Positions 19,282 to 41,100 of a stretch of DNA of 64,000 nucleotides are shown here, in pieces. The stretch is from Balanoglossus misakiensis (Eukaryota > Animalia > Hemichordata). Positions within the stretch are counted from its first letter, which is position 1; each line of letters opens with the position of its first letter. The notes beneath the pieces are model-generated. The model worked only from the letters and a program-made list of their open reading frames with translations. It was not told where the DNA came from and did not search any database. The DNA lies in assembly GCA_040954595.2 (NCBI GenBank), contig CM082596.2:8197124-8261123 (forward strand), read 5' to 3'. The position numbers were made by a program, and so were the translations under genes.

Positions 19282-22060
19282 ATGAGGACGTTTATTCTCG
19301 CCGTTTTGGTTGTCATGGTAACTGGTACACCGGTCACCAAAGTTTACCCAGGTAAGCTCATTAAGCCGAAGATTTCAGCAGCGGACAAGAAGTTTGTGAC
19401 AGTCCCTATGTGATTAATGATTAAAGGGATGATCCACGTGCCTTTTACATGCTTTTCTAATATACCTTTTTGGTACAAGCTGATAACCACCTCAACTCAG
19501 CAGGCGTGTGTTACTACTGTTTGAAAATTGGTTTAAATTTTTTGAGGAGTGCAGCTTCGCGTAATTGCCAAAATTGGACTGTATTCATCACGTGACCGCA
19601 CACCCTCAAACTGACAGAGAGAACCCCGTGTAACACATGCCACAACTGGAGCAGGTATCCGAGATGCGCGGTTCACCAAGGAACTTGCCGCCTATAGCCC
19701 TTGTCCTACAGCCGCTTTCATAGTCCGATCCGCACGTCTTGGTTCAATCTGATTAAAATCAGATGTAGGAAACACCATAAAAACCACGTCGCCGTCCCCT
19801 ACATCTGATTTTAATCAGATTGGTCTTGGTTATGCATGGGCACAGCTTTGGGTGGAGTTCCTTTGCAAGAAGTAACAGAGCTTGCATGGCTAGCGAAGAT
19901 GAGCAGCTTTCGAAAACATACAAATCCTGAATATTTATGCGTGAATTTGATATTGGCTTTACGGGCGATTTCAAAATCTTTTTTTGCAAACTAAAAAAAG
20001 TTTCAACGGGAACAAACTATATATTGGCAATTTTTATAGGTTATTTGAAGCCAAAGATGACTTACTTAGAAGTTTGACAAGAGAGAAAGGTAGCCTACGT
20101 GCGAAGTGCAAACACCAAAATCTGGGAAGTTTTAAGCTTTCCCTTTTCTTTGCACCCCAAATTTGCATATGAAAGTCTTAATTATGTACCTAAATTCACA
20201 TGGGGTTAGGGTTATGGTGGGGTAAGAATCGACTTGAATGCCCCCCCCCCCCCGGGCTATAACTATTTAGTTGCAGCTATTTCTGGTACCTATTGATATG
20301 CTCACCACAAAAGACATGCGCACGGAAATAGAGATGATGTGGGTTTATTAACTACTTGCCATTTTAAACTCTATTGACTGTTTGGTCTGAAAGGAAACAA
20401 TTGTGATTTTTACGAAAGGGAGACATAAATTATATAAAGGAAAGTACTGAATATATTGTGTCTTCCTAAAAAAACCTAAGGGACTAGGTTGAGAAAGAAT
20501 CGTTCCGGTCACTAGGTCACCTTCAGTTCACCTAGGCTTCCCTGGTAAATGACATCGCCACGGTTACACAAAGGGTCTTTGTGCGATATATCTTGAGTCC
20601 TTGTCATGAAACTGAAACATTACCGGTTTCTGTTGAATTGACGTCACGACGTGAACGTCTAAATTTAGAACGCAGCGCCCGTCGTCGAGTTCACAGTAGG
20701 ACGACCAACCCTAATTCTCGTCGAGTGAGCCATATTTCATGTATAAGTGTGTATGCACACGGAATTCTTTTTCTGTTCTCTTATCTCCACGGTCTTAAAT
20801 AGAAGCTTCACACAATCGTAAATTTAACATTGCCTGGCTAGTGCCTAGCCCCGAAACATCTAGTAGTACGTAGATTCTATCAGAAAAACCAGCCCCGTAA
20901 AATTGCGGACATTCATTGATACAATTTAATAACTCCTTCAAGCATACTTGACAAAATCACATGACTTTTAGCTCATAAAAATTACAAAAAATAACAAATT
21001 CCCGATTTTGAGAATTTTGGTGATTTTGTCATCTATATGTTACTCTAAAATTATGTTCACCCTACTTTTTATATTACACCACAACGTACAGATCTGCCGG
21101 AGCTACAAAATGTGACCACTGACCGGATGTCACCTGCTGAGCAGCGGCGCGTAGATGTTGCTATAGCTACGCAGGATGTTGTGCCAGTGGACGCCGGCAC
21201 CGTATGCAAAGAACTAGGTGTGTATACCCCTGTTTTGTCGATCATGATTTTACATGTAGCACGAATGACGGAAGACCTTAACAGCATTCGGCAATAAGGG
21301 GGGGGGAGGAAACATTTAATTTCTGGTGGTGGATGGAGGATTTGGGGAGGGGGGAGTTGTTGGCAGATTGTAGGGAGGAGAAAACTTCTTCAGTCTGCAA
21401 TGCATTGAAGAAAAAGGTGGACAGGCTCTCGAATACACAAATTTGCTGTGACATTGGCTGAAAAGAAATCTTTGCTGACATACCCAAATTCTCTACCCCC
21501 AAGAAATCAGATGGTTCTCCCCCTGATGATGACAAGAGTTCGTGGAGAGTCGTGGCTTTATAGACCAATCTCTCTGGAATGGCCTCTTGGGGGGGGGGGG
21601 GGGGTAAGATATTACAGACACTCTCATTTTGCTGGTGGCCACGATAAAATTATCCAAAGTGAGGTAGACGTTATAGACATACACGTGAACTGTTAACACA
21701 CAGACAATAGAGAGTTCTTCTACTTAATGGTCATACCTATATACACGATTACCTTTTCCACTACACTATTACCCAGTGAAACCAATCTTTCATGTGATAG
21801 GTGACATACAAACGATTTTCCAACACAAACATGTACATGTCCATTTTATGTACAGGTTTTCCAAGAGCCTTGGGGTTAAGGGGCCAAGGACCGGAGAGGA
21901 CTAATTGTCTTTTTGATGTCGATGATGACACCAGAGCCGTGCAATACAACTACGATGAAGATGACCCAGTCAATCAAATGTTAACTGTATGCTGTCTATG
22001 TATGTAGAAAATTCTCTCTATGTGTCAGTCTGTCCCCGCTTCTCTGTCTCGTACTCTCCG

Positions 22061-22118
<58 letters not shown>

Positions 22119-22499
22119 ATGTATGTATGTATGTATGTATGTATGTATGTATGTCTGTCTGTCTGTCTGTATGTATGTATGTATGTATGTATGTATGTAT
22201 GTATGTATGTATGTATGTATGTCTGTCTGTATGTATGTCTGTCTGTATGTATGTATGTATGTATGTATGTATGTCTGTCTGTCTGTATGTATGTCTGTCT
22301 GTCTGTCTGTATGTATGTCTGTCTGTATGTCTGTCTGTCTGCCTGTATGTATGTATGTATGTATGTATGTATGTATGTATGTATGTATGTATGTATGTAT
22401 GTATGTATGTATGTATGTATGTATGTATGTATGTATGTCTGTCTGTATGTATGTATGTCTGTCTGTATGTATGTATGTATATATGTATGTATGTCTGTA

Positions 22500-22534
<35 letters not shown>

Positions 22535-23782
22535 ATGTATGTATGTATGTATGTATGTATGTATGTATGTATGTATGTATGTATGTATGTCTGTCTGTAT
22601 GTATGTATGTATGTATGTCTGTATGTCTGTCTGTCTGTCTGTCTGTCTGTCAGTCTGTCTGTATGTATGTCTGTCTGTCTGTCTGTCTGTATGTATGTCT
22701 GTCTGTATGTCTGTCTGTCTGCCTGTATGTATGTATGTATGTATGTATGTATGTATGTATGTATGTATGTATGTATGTATGTATGTATGTATGTATGTAT
22801 GTATGTATGTATGTATGTATGTATGTATGTATGTATGTATGTATGTATGTATGTATGTATGTATTAGTGTATGTGTCTCCCCTTCTCCTGATTATTCAAT
22901 CGACTAACCAATCAAGAAAGCAACATATACCAGGCAATCGATCAGACTCAAATTTTCATTAAATCAACCACGTCTGATTTAGAAAGGGTTTTACAGCCCT
23001 TGGTGATTTTACTAGTATAATCACATGAAGATTTCTATTCACTTAAACAAAATCTTTAGATCCTGGCTACCAGGGGTGTTTCGCTGCATCAGTAAATAAG
23101 GACAACAGTTTGTTGAAGTGTTCGACCAAGGGAACTCGCATGGGAACCATCAGCCTCTCCGAGTGTCTGGGACGGTGCAGAAACACAAACTTCAGTTATG
23201 CGTCCCTTCGCAACAACATCGACTGTCGATGTGGGAACCAGTTACCAAGCGACCGCAGTGAAAAGTTGTCAGACTTGGAATGTGTCGGCGCGTGTAGTTA
23301 TAGCCATGGAAACAGCGGAATATGCACCAGTGCCGTTTACGACAGTAAGTTCTTATTTGGTATTTCATGGACCCGTGATTTTTACCTGTTGGGCTTTCTA
23401 ACTTATTTTCAGCTGCTAATAGAAGTATTTGCGTGGCGAAAGAAGTTACGTGTATCTCAGTTGACTTTTGATGATCTCCCAGATACTTCGACGTGGGCCT
23501 AGGAACTGGCCTTACTTTTGCATTTATAGCATTTGCCTTCGTCTACCATTTTCCTGACGTCATGCAAATTAAAGTAACTTCAAACACTGACATACGGTGA
23601 CTATACACTCAACATAAGTACAAGCATTTGAATTCGGGAATTCTTAACTGAAACTTACGGATATTTGAAGTCAGGAATGACTATGAATGAGAAAAAGATA
23701 TTTATCTCTTAGTGATTATTGTGCAGACCGAACGTCACCTGAGCTGAAAGTCACTGATAGATTGATGCTAATCTTAAGATTG

Positions 23783-23846
<64 letters not shown>

Positions 23847-26238
23847 CGAGTATATGCCCCGCTTTCAGCCTCTCTGGGTGCATGTGGTGGTTCCACGAAC
23901 CGAAGCGACGGCTGGATCTTCTCGCCCAATTTCCCTGGCGTGTACAAAGGCAGCCACGACTGTGTGTGGACCGTCACCGGGGCAACAGGCCGCGTCTTCA
24001 ACGTCACCTTCAGGATGTTCTACCTCGACCCGATGATCAAGACCAAACCGCAAGACGAGATCATATTCCACAACATCGGCCCGTCTGGCACCGTCACCAT
24101 GACCGGAGAGGGTAAATTCCGACACCTGCGCGGGGTCAAACCTCACAACGTGGGCATCACAGCAGGCAATGTACTAAAGGTTCACTTCAAATCAAGTTTT
24201 TCGTCGAACGGTGTAGGATTCGCCGTTCATTACAGAGGTATGTACTTCAGTACTACAAAGAAAGATTTCAGTTCCGTTTGCATAGCTATGTACTCAATAA
24301 CCCTCCATGTTACTATAAACTGACTGGAGCACAAATATGTATTTGTCACGGGATATAAATGATTTTAATCACACCATTTCAGACAAAAACAATCAAACGT
24401 ATGCTTATCCCATCCTCCGACAAATTTACAGGTGGGAAATACATATAAGCCCCCAGACATTTACTTTCAGATACTTTCTTCCAGTATTGTTTATTCTTTG
24501 AAGTCATGTATGACAGCGTGACATCGCCACTGCACGCAAAGGCTACTAGAGGCTATGATCAACAGAATACTGGCGCAACATGTCAATGATGTCAGTATGC
24601 TTTAGGAAGAAGAGTAACATCATATACACAGAACAAAGCCATATTGAATCAGTCATCGTCGCAAACCACGGCCCTTTTACGGCAGCGCTCTGCCACACTG
24701 TTGGGCACCCGAGAAACACTATATAAAATTACTGTCTCCTTACATTTACTGTTCGGGCACACTTTATCAAAATGAAATTAATAACAAATTTTAAACCGTC
24801 GATCGATCCCGACGTTCATTCTGACAGAACTAGATCGCGCGGGATGTGACGACGGCGCCAACACCGAAGAAACACGGTCTTTTGGGTCTGAAGAGAATGA
24901 CCATGGCGATAACCTGTCGCCAAAAGAACTTGCAGACGGGAACGAAACTCAGTTGTGTGAGTATCAGAACATCTAGGTGGTGTCGATTAAATTATAACAA
25001 TAAATATGAGCAAACATTTCAAAAATGCAAAGTACGTCTGTTATGATTTTGTGACAGCTCAGCAGTAGACGTCAAAGTCAATACGATTGTCTGAATATAT
25101 TTAAATTGGTTTTAGCTTTACTTATGAAAATTATAGTTAAATGTCAGATGGGGGAGAATATAGAGAAAAAAGGGAAGCGACAATGTTCTTTTCGCAAAAG
25201 ACCGATATTGATTCGAATCTGAAATTATTGCAAATATCTCCAGGATGGTAATGACAAAACTGCCAAGCGATAAAAATTTGAAAGTGCCGTACGTTAACGT
25301 TGTAAATCGGAAGTGTCGTTAACTTTTGTATTCTTATTTCCTTAGTTACAGTTTTCCAAGTTATTGTTGTGTCGTTGCTAGTGTTACTGGTGCTGATAAA
25401 CACTGCCATCTTTGTTTACGTGGTCCACACTAGAGAAAGGTGAGGTTATGGTGATTTGTGTTTCTTTCAATTTGAATATGCTCGATCGATTTGATCGATC
25501 GATCAATCAATCAATCAACAATCAAGTATATATACCTACCGGTCGAGCAACATATAATCGTCATGATTTGCTTAATTTGGCTTGATAACCAATTAATGGC
25601 CTAAACTTTAAATTCTGTTCATTTCCTTGTGATGGGAGACAGCTTATACTTCACCATGTATGGATTGTCCTAGACTTGCTCCAAGTCTATGGGCTTCATT
25701 ATGTGTAGGGAACGCGTAGGCCCGCCACCCGAAACCACAAGCTCAGTCCCAAATTCGAAACTCACCTCACTACCAAAAACACGCTCAAGGCAAGCATGCA
25801 CGTAAAAAGTATTGCAATTATATATTAAGACAAAAAAACACCGAAAACACAAAAAGTATTGAGATTTAAAAATCACCAAGCGACTAGTGGGCTAGTCTAG
25901 GATTGTCCCTCCGACGTGGGATCACGTTGTCTTTCATTGTGCTATTTTGTTTTCGTTCCATCATCAGAGCTAGAAGGAATACCCACTCTAACAAATCTGC
26001 TAATGTAGGCTACATGTCGCTGAGCAGACTGCCAAGCGATGTCATGTCCACGCACCGCGATCGCCACCAACACCGAGTCAGCGTGGCTGCATCTCAAGAA
26101 CCGATAAACCGACAGTCACTCCACCTCGACGGTGCTGATGACCAAACCTATGACTATGCCTACTATGAACGTCTACATCACCTGCCTCCCAGGTCAAATA
26201 GTAACTCAACCGACAGCTATCTTGAACCAATAAATTAA
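19282..26238 (+). CDS. Type I membrane protein: signal peptide, degenerate SRCR-like segment, WSC, CUB, TM, Tyr-motif cytoplasmic tail (Kremen-like layout, ~495 aa)
   Basis: Exons: 19282-19351 (signal MRTFILAVLVVMVTG); 21092-21217 and 21856-21999 (less certain; DAGTVCKELG|FPRAL..GQGP); 23060-23344 (WSC: PGYQGCF..CLGRC..CRCGN..C..AVYD); 23869-24237 (CUB: CGG..IFSPNFPGVY..DCVWTV..GFAVHY); 24828-24956; 25346-25439 (TM VFQVIVVSLLVLLVLINTAIFVYVV); 25968-26238. Extracellular exons are symmetric phase 1. Confidence 0.8.
19746..19822. mobile_element. Short hairpin MITE (AATCTGATTAAAATCAGATGTAGG TIR)
   Basis: Inverted repeat AATCTGATTAAAATCAGATGTAGG / CCTACATCTGATTTTAATCAGATT. A second copy lies at ~47388-47487. 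Confidence 0.65.
22063..22864. repeat. ~800-bp compound tetranucleotide microsatellite (TGTC)n/(TGTA)n
   Basis: Directly visible. It explains the three spurious ~295-aa VCMY/VCLS ORFs. Confidence 0.98.
23783..23846. repeat. (ATC)n microsatellite, ~21 units
   Basis: Directly visible, ~22 nt upstream of the CUB exon acceptor. Confidence 0.95.
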
Positions 26239-27501
26239 AGGGAGGCGGTCGCGTTGTCTGCGGCTGCGTATATGAATCCCCATAGGACATATTTGCTAGG
26301 CACAATGCGTAACTGCTAAAATGTACATCATTGCAACCAAATGAAAGTGTTGTTACTTTGCACCACACTGTACATCATATGGCAAACAATGTGTTGTTAC
26401 TTTTATCACATCCTGTCAAGGTTATTTAATTGACTTGTATTGTTTGGCGTGGCTCCAAGGACTTTATAAGGGGAAATGCCTACGACAACTTTATAAACAG
26501 AAACATCGCGCATGTGCAGTTCAGACAACCCCTTCGCTTTAATTTCGAGCTATACTCTCCTTCAATTTTGATATTAGTAAACCAAAACTGTGACTATAAT
26601 CTCATCGTAAGCCTTTTATTTGTTATGGTTTTTCCTTTATGATTAAATAAAAGAAATGTTACGAGGGTCTTGGGATTTTTTATTTTATTCACGTTGGGGA
26701 AGGGGTCCAAACGGCCACAGAGTTCTTTTCTGGCGATATCCATGAATTGCTGAACTTGTAGGGCTTCTTATGGGTTGAAAATCAAGTACTACTTACTGCC
26801 AAAGTGGTACTAAAATGTGTACGTAATATGCTTTGAAATTTTTAAGTTTTGGAAGAATTAGAGTTTATTTCCGAATCGCATGACATGTAAATATCCGAAT
26901 AATAGAAAATGACAACCCCGAGTGAACACAAAGAAAGCACGAACAAAGGGTCGAAAAGTTAGTGTCTCCAAACACAATGAATGCGCTCGCGGGCCACCAT
27001 TTTGGGGATCTTTGGATCGACCGGTGGATCATTTTTTGTGCTTTTATCGCAAAAAAACGAATACTTATACATCGCAATTCATTCTTTAGTCAACATGGTT
27101 TACTTGTTATCAAAATAATGGAATAATGAAAGCTATACTCCGACTGTAAAGAGCGCCACCAAAGGTTAAAAGAAAACAACAATAATCTTGATTGAAGAGC
27201 GCGACCTGTGTTGAAGACATGTAGTCGATGGCCAAAACAAAACCTGCCGCTATGTACGACTAGCCACTTCATTTGAGACTGTGGTTAGATTCTTTGTAAC
27301 GGACTTTTCAGTATGAAAATGACGGGAGGGGATCTTCTGGTATGTCAAGATACCCGGGTTCATCGCAGGGGTTCATCGTGGGTCATTTAAGGTCATACAT
27401 AAAGGTCATGTCACCCTTCATCACAGTCTGCGCATGTGCATTGGTCATGTTGTCGCTAATAACTTATTAAATGGTAATCTGCACTGTAAGTGTTAATAAT
27501 T

Positions 27502-36399
<8,898 letters not shown>

Positions 36400-38159
36400 A
36401 GGTCAACTTAGGTGTAAAAAAAATAGAAATTTCACAAGAATTTTATTTTAGCGAAGTACTGGGATTTTATTTTAGCTGAAAAATGAATCCAGCTAAAAAA
36501 TTGAAAATGCAGTCCTATTCTACATGATACGTACTTCTTCGCAGAACATAAACCGGAAAACTGTGCACACCCGTCTTTTTCCCATAGGATTACATTGATA
36601 ATTGCTAGAAAACATACTTCTGCTATTGTCATTTTCACGAAATTTTATACATAGCTCAAACCTCATTCAAGTAAATATAAATTCATTGGGTCAAATAAAA
36701 TCGTGTGGTCACAGCGCTCTATTTTGAGATAAATTACGTTAAATATTTTGCCCATAGACAAACCATTGGTGAAAAATTCTTCTATTATCGACTAAATTCA
36801 TGGCTCTGTGACCCCTATATTTTATCACGGATTTTCATTTTACATACTCAGGCTATAATCCAAACATCAACAAATAACTGTAACTTTCTACACATGTACA
36901 TGTATGGAAGTTCGTTAATAGGTATTTCAGAAATCTCTTTTCTGCCAGGAAACAAATGTGAATATGAGGTCTTTCTAGTGAATGCAAGGAGGTTTGCAAC
37001 ATTTTATGTATATTTTTGATTGTCATAAGCTCCGGCAATCCTGTACAAAAAACCCTGCTGGGATTAGAGTGATTCTGTAATGAATATCGACCCTCCTTTT
37101 GATATCAGGAATAATTTTTAACAAATAAAATTTGTTTGATGTGATGTGACACTTATTGTTATGAATACATATATTGTATTCTCACACTCCTGGCCGCTGG
37201 GAGTGTGAGATAGAGAGTACGTGTGAGAACAAATCGATCCCAATGAGTTTATGACGTATATTAAATGTCAATCATGCCAGTTCCGTTACAGGTGAATTTC
37301 TCCACAATGCTGTGTGAGGGCGAAGCAAGCTATAACAGTCCCTCGGGCCTTACGGCCATCGCACCACGAAACGCCGAATCGGGCCTACGGCCCTCAAAAG
37401 ATACGGGCCTTACGGCCCTCGCATGAAACACCGAATCGATACACATTAGGCGCGAGGGACTGTCGACAGTCTAGTGTTTGTTGTACACATTCATATTTGA
37501 GTTGTCTGGATAGATTCATGGGGAAATTGATCAAACTACCAGCCTTGCATTAAAATTCATAAATTTTCAAATATTTTCATTGGAAACTGCCCATAGAATC
37601 ATATGAACATGCTGAAAATCTTTACACATATCACAACACCACTAGAAAACTGGAGGGAGAACAGTTGGGTTTCTGTAATGAGTACTGGTATGTCACTGAT
37701 GTCAACAATTTGTCTCGTCACCCTTTCACCACAATGGTTCAGAATACCCATAAAAAAACACAAAATCTAACTACACTATTGTACTAGAGCAAAATGCCTT
37801 GGAAAGAAATACCATTCTACCAATCAATAATATTCTACTCTCAGGTAACTTTTCCTTTAGAAGTCTCTCGTTCAAATGAGTGATTTTCTGGGTAAAATAA
37901 AATGAGAAAAGATATTAATTTTCTGATTTGTTTGACAAGGTATTAACTCCAAGTAAAGTTATTCATGTTAACTTTATGAATGATTGAAGTCCATGTCCAT
38001 GCGTTGCGTCTATTGACATCCTGTGAATAGACAAATTCTTAAAATTCTGATATTCATTTCACACACATGGTTTTGGGTTTAAGTGGGTGGAATTCGACAC
38101 AAATGAATTCCGGTTTTGACATTTTTTTGTCATTTTTCAGCACAAGTTCTGCATTCAGT

Positions 38160-41100
38160 CTATCTGCGTTCTTCCAATTTCTCGAACATCTGTTCAATCA
38201 ATCTGACCATATCGTCTCTTCCCATGGTGCTGAATATTGCCAACAGATTCTCGAAGTTGCTTTCGAAGACAGGTCCCGTTACATGTGGATACTTCTGTTT
38301 TGTTGTTTTCTGGGCCCTTGAAACTTGTGAGGATGATGATGTGTGCATTTCTGCAAGACAATCTTCGGTGGCATCTGTGTCATCTGTGTCATATGTCATG
38401 GTCTCTTGTCCTCGTTGAAATTGGACGCTTGAGTCTAGTGGTTGTGATGATGGTGACATTTTTGCAGCTGTGACTGTGTCTTTTCCCATGGTGTTAAACT
38501 TCGCAATTAGACTATGAACATTAGAAAGAGGTCTCTGTATTGGTCTTTCTGTTTTCTGAGCCTTCACTTCTTCATCAGCAGAATCTTGTTGGGGTGATGA
38601 TGTTGATGACTGTGACATTTTTGCTGAATGACCTTCGGTGGCATCTATGTCATATGAGATGGCACAGGCACCTGCAGCTGTAGTGGTGTCTTGTCCTCGT
38701 CGGAATTGGACGCTTGAGTCTGGTTGTTGTGATGACGGTGACATCGTTGCAAAACCACTATCAACATTTTGTGTGTCATGAGAAGTGGTCCGGAATTCTG
38801 CAGCTGTAGTGGTGTCTTTTCCTCGTTGGAATTGGACGCTTGAGTCTGGTGGTTGTGATGATGGTGACATCGTTGCAATACCACTATCAACATTATGTGT
38901 GTCATGAGAAGTGGTTGTGAATTCTACAGCTGTAGTGGTGTCTTGTCCTCGTTGGAATTGGACGCTTGAGTCTGGTGGTTGTGATGATGGTGACATCGTT
39001 GCAATACCACTATCAACATTATGTGTGTCATGAGAAGTGGTTGTGAATTCTACAGCTGTAGTGGTGTCTTGTCCTCGTTGGAATTGGACGCTTGAGTCTG
39101 GTGGTTGTGATGACGGTGACATCGTTGCAAAACCACTATCAACATTTTGTGTGTCATGAGAAGTGGTCGGGAATTCTGCAGCTGTAGTGGTGTCTTTTCC
39201 TTGTCGGAATTGGACGCTTGAGTCTGGTTGTTGTGATGACGGTGACATCGTTGCCAAACCACTATCAACATTTTGTGTGTCATGAAAAGTGGCCGGGAAT
39301 TCTGCAGCTGTAGTGGTGTCTTGTCCTCGTTGGAATTGGACGCTTGAGTCTGGTTGTTGTGATGATGGTGACATCGTTGCCAAACCACTATCAACATTTT
39401 GTGTGTCATGAAAAGTGGCCGGGAATTCTGCAGCTGTAGTGGTGTCTTGTCCTCGTCGAAGTTGTTTCTTCTCTGCGCATCTACGACACCACTCGTCGAA
39501 GATGCAGTCTGTAACTGGTTTGCCTGCCAGACGTGCCGCTTCTTTCAGTACCATGACATCTGTGTTCCTGATTCCCATATGTTGAGCCATTTTGCCATAG
39601 TGCAGAGGCTCTATAGTTTCAATATCCATTGTCAGGGTCAGTGTTTTTCTGGTTTCTTCAAGCATCCATTTGATATCACAGCGTTTCCATTTCTTCAGTA
39701 AGATTGTTGTGTCATGACCTTGACAAAGCAGGTCACAAACATCTTCTGCTTTACCAACTTTTTTGTTGTACACTTTCTTTCCCATGTCTTCTGCACGTAG
39801 CACATCATTGAGAGTGTAAAAACCAACTTTTTCCATGTTGCTGTGGTTTGCAAGAGAATCTGCACTCAGGATAAGCTGATTCATCCTGTTGCCTGGACAC
39901 GCGATCGAGAAGACATCCTGTATGTCTTTGGAAACCATCTCAAGAAGCTTGTAGCCCTCACCAATCGACTTCTTGTCTTCAACTCGTACGCAGACATTGA
40001 CTGCCCTTCTGCCATTGGTCATAAAGACAAGACCTTCAACATCATGACACACTTTGATACCATTTCTCCATAAGCCACTGGGCGGTTGGCCAAGCTCTGT
40101 GAAATGCTTATATAGACGGGTCTGTAATCTTGGGAAAAAGCCTGCCGTGAAGGAATCTGTTTCATCATGGCATTCAAAACGTCTTCCAAGGTAGATTGTC
40201 TTCATACGATTCAATTCCCATTGATCTTCAGGCATATCATCGTCTTGAAGCCCTGGTATGAGGAACAGTTTCTCTCCAGTCTTTGTGATGCCCTTTGCTG
40301 GACAGAGAAGCTCAAAATCCTCCAGAAGGTCGATGAGAAGTTTGATGTTTACACCTTCACCAACTACATCTTCTATCTTATCCAAGGTCTGAAAGCGATC
40401 TCTCTCGAATCTGGAACTGAACTGTGCAAATAAATGGGTAGCCAACATTGGTCCAAATATCCTGTAACACAACCAGCTTGGATCCAATACCACGACATCT
40501 TCTCTTTCCGAAGATGACTTCTTCACAAACAAAAGCTGTACACAAGAAAAGAAATATTTCAATAAATGAAAATCTGTATGTTGCACATTTCTGTAATTGC
40601 AAGGCACAATATGAAATTTAACGTATAAGCTCCAACAAAATAATATGGCTGGCATGTGGTGAGATTTAGATAAATTATTATCAATGACATACTGAAGTTT
40701 CTTGTTACTGACCTCTCCTATGTCATGCAGGTAGTTGGTGGCTTTTTGTAAAAAACTTTCGTCAATCGTAGGATATTTTTCTTTGATTTTTGCCATGTAC
40801 AATGTCCAATAAATGCCAGGGAACTCCTTGTCATATAATTCACTCTTCATTTCCATTATTTTGGCACAAACACTTGGAAGAGTTTTCACTGTCTAAGAAT
40901 GAAAAGAAATTGATAACATGTCAAATGTTATGTGAAGTAGCCACATTTATTTCATTCAGTAAAAAAGTCATCGGGGGAAATTTTAAATAACACCATGACT
41001 TGTTTACAAGTCTCACAAAATGACACATAAAACAAGGCATTATGTTTATGCATTCCAGTCAACTTTTGCCAAAGTAGAAATTCAAATTTAGCAGACTGAG

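Noticed and set aside
21989-22962. Three ~295-aa ORFs (VCMY/VCLS repeats)
   Set aside because: They are translations of a tetranucleotide microsatellite that lacks stop codons.
37314-37460. Three short GGGCCTTACGGCC hairpin-like repeats as a structured RNA or ribozyme
   Set aside because: I could not identify a hammerhead or other catalytic core. More likely a fragment of a non-autonomous repeat.
38160-40889. 909-aa ORF as a stand-alone gene
   Set aside because: It has no true start and is the last two exons plus a read-through intron of the larger ROCO gene.
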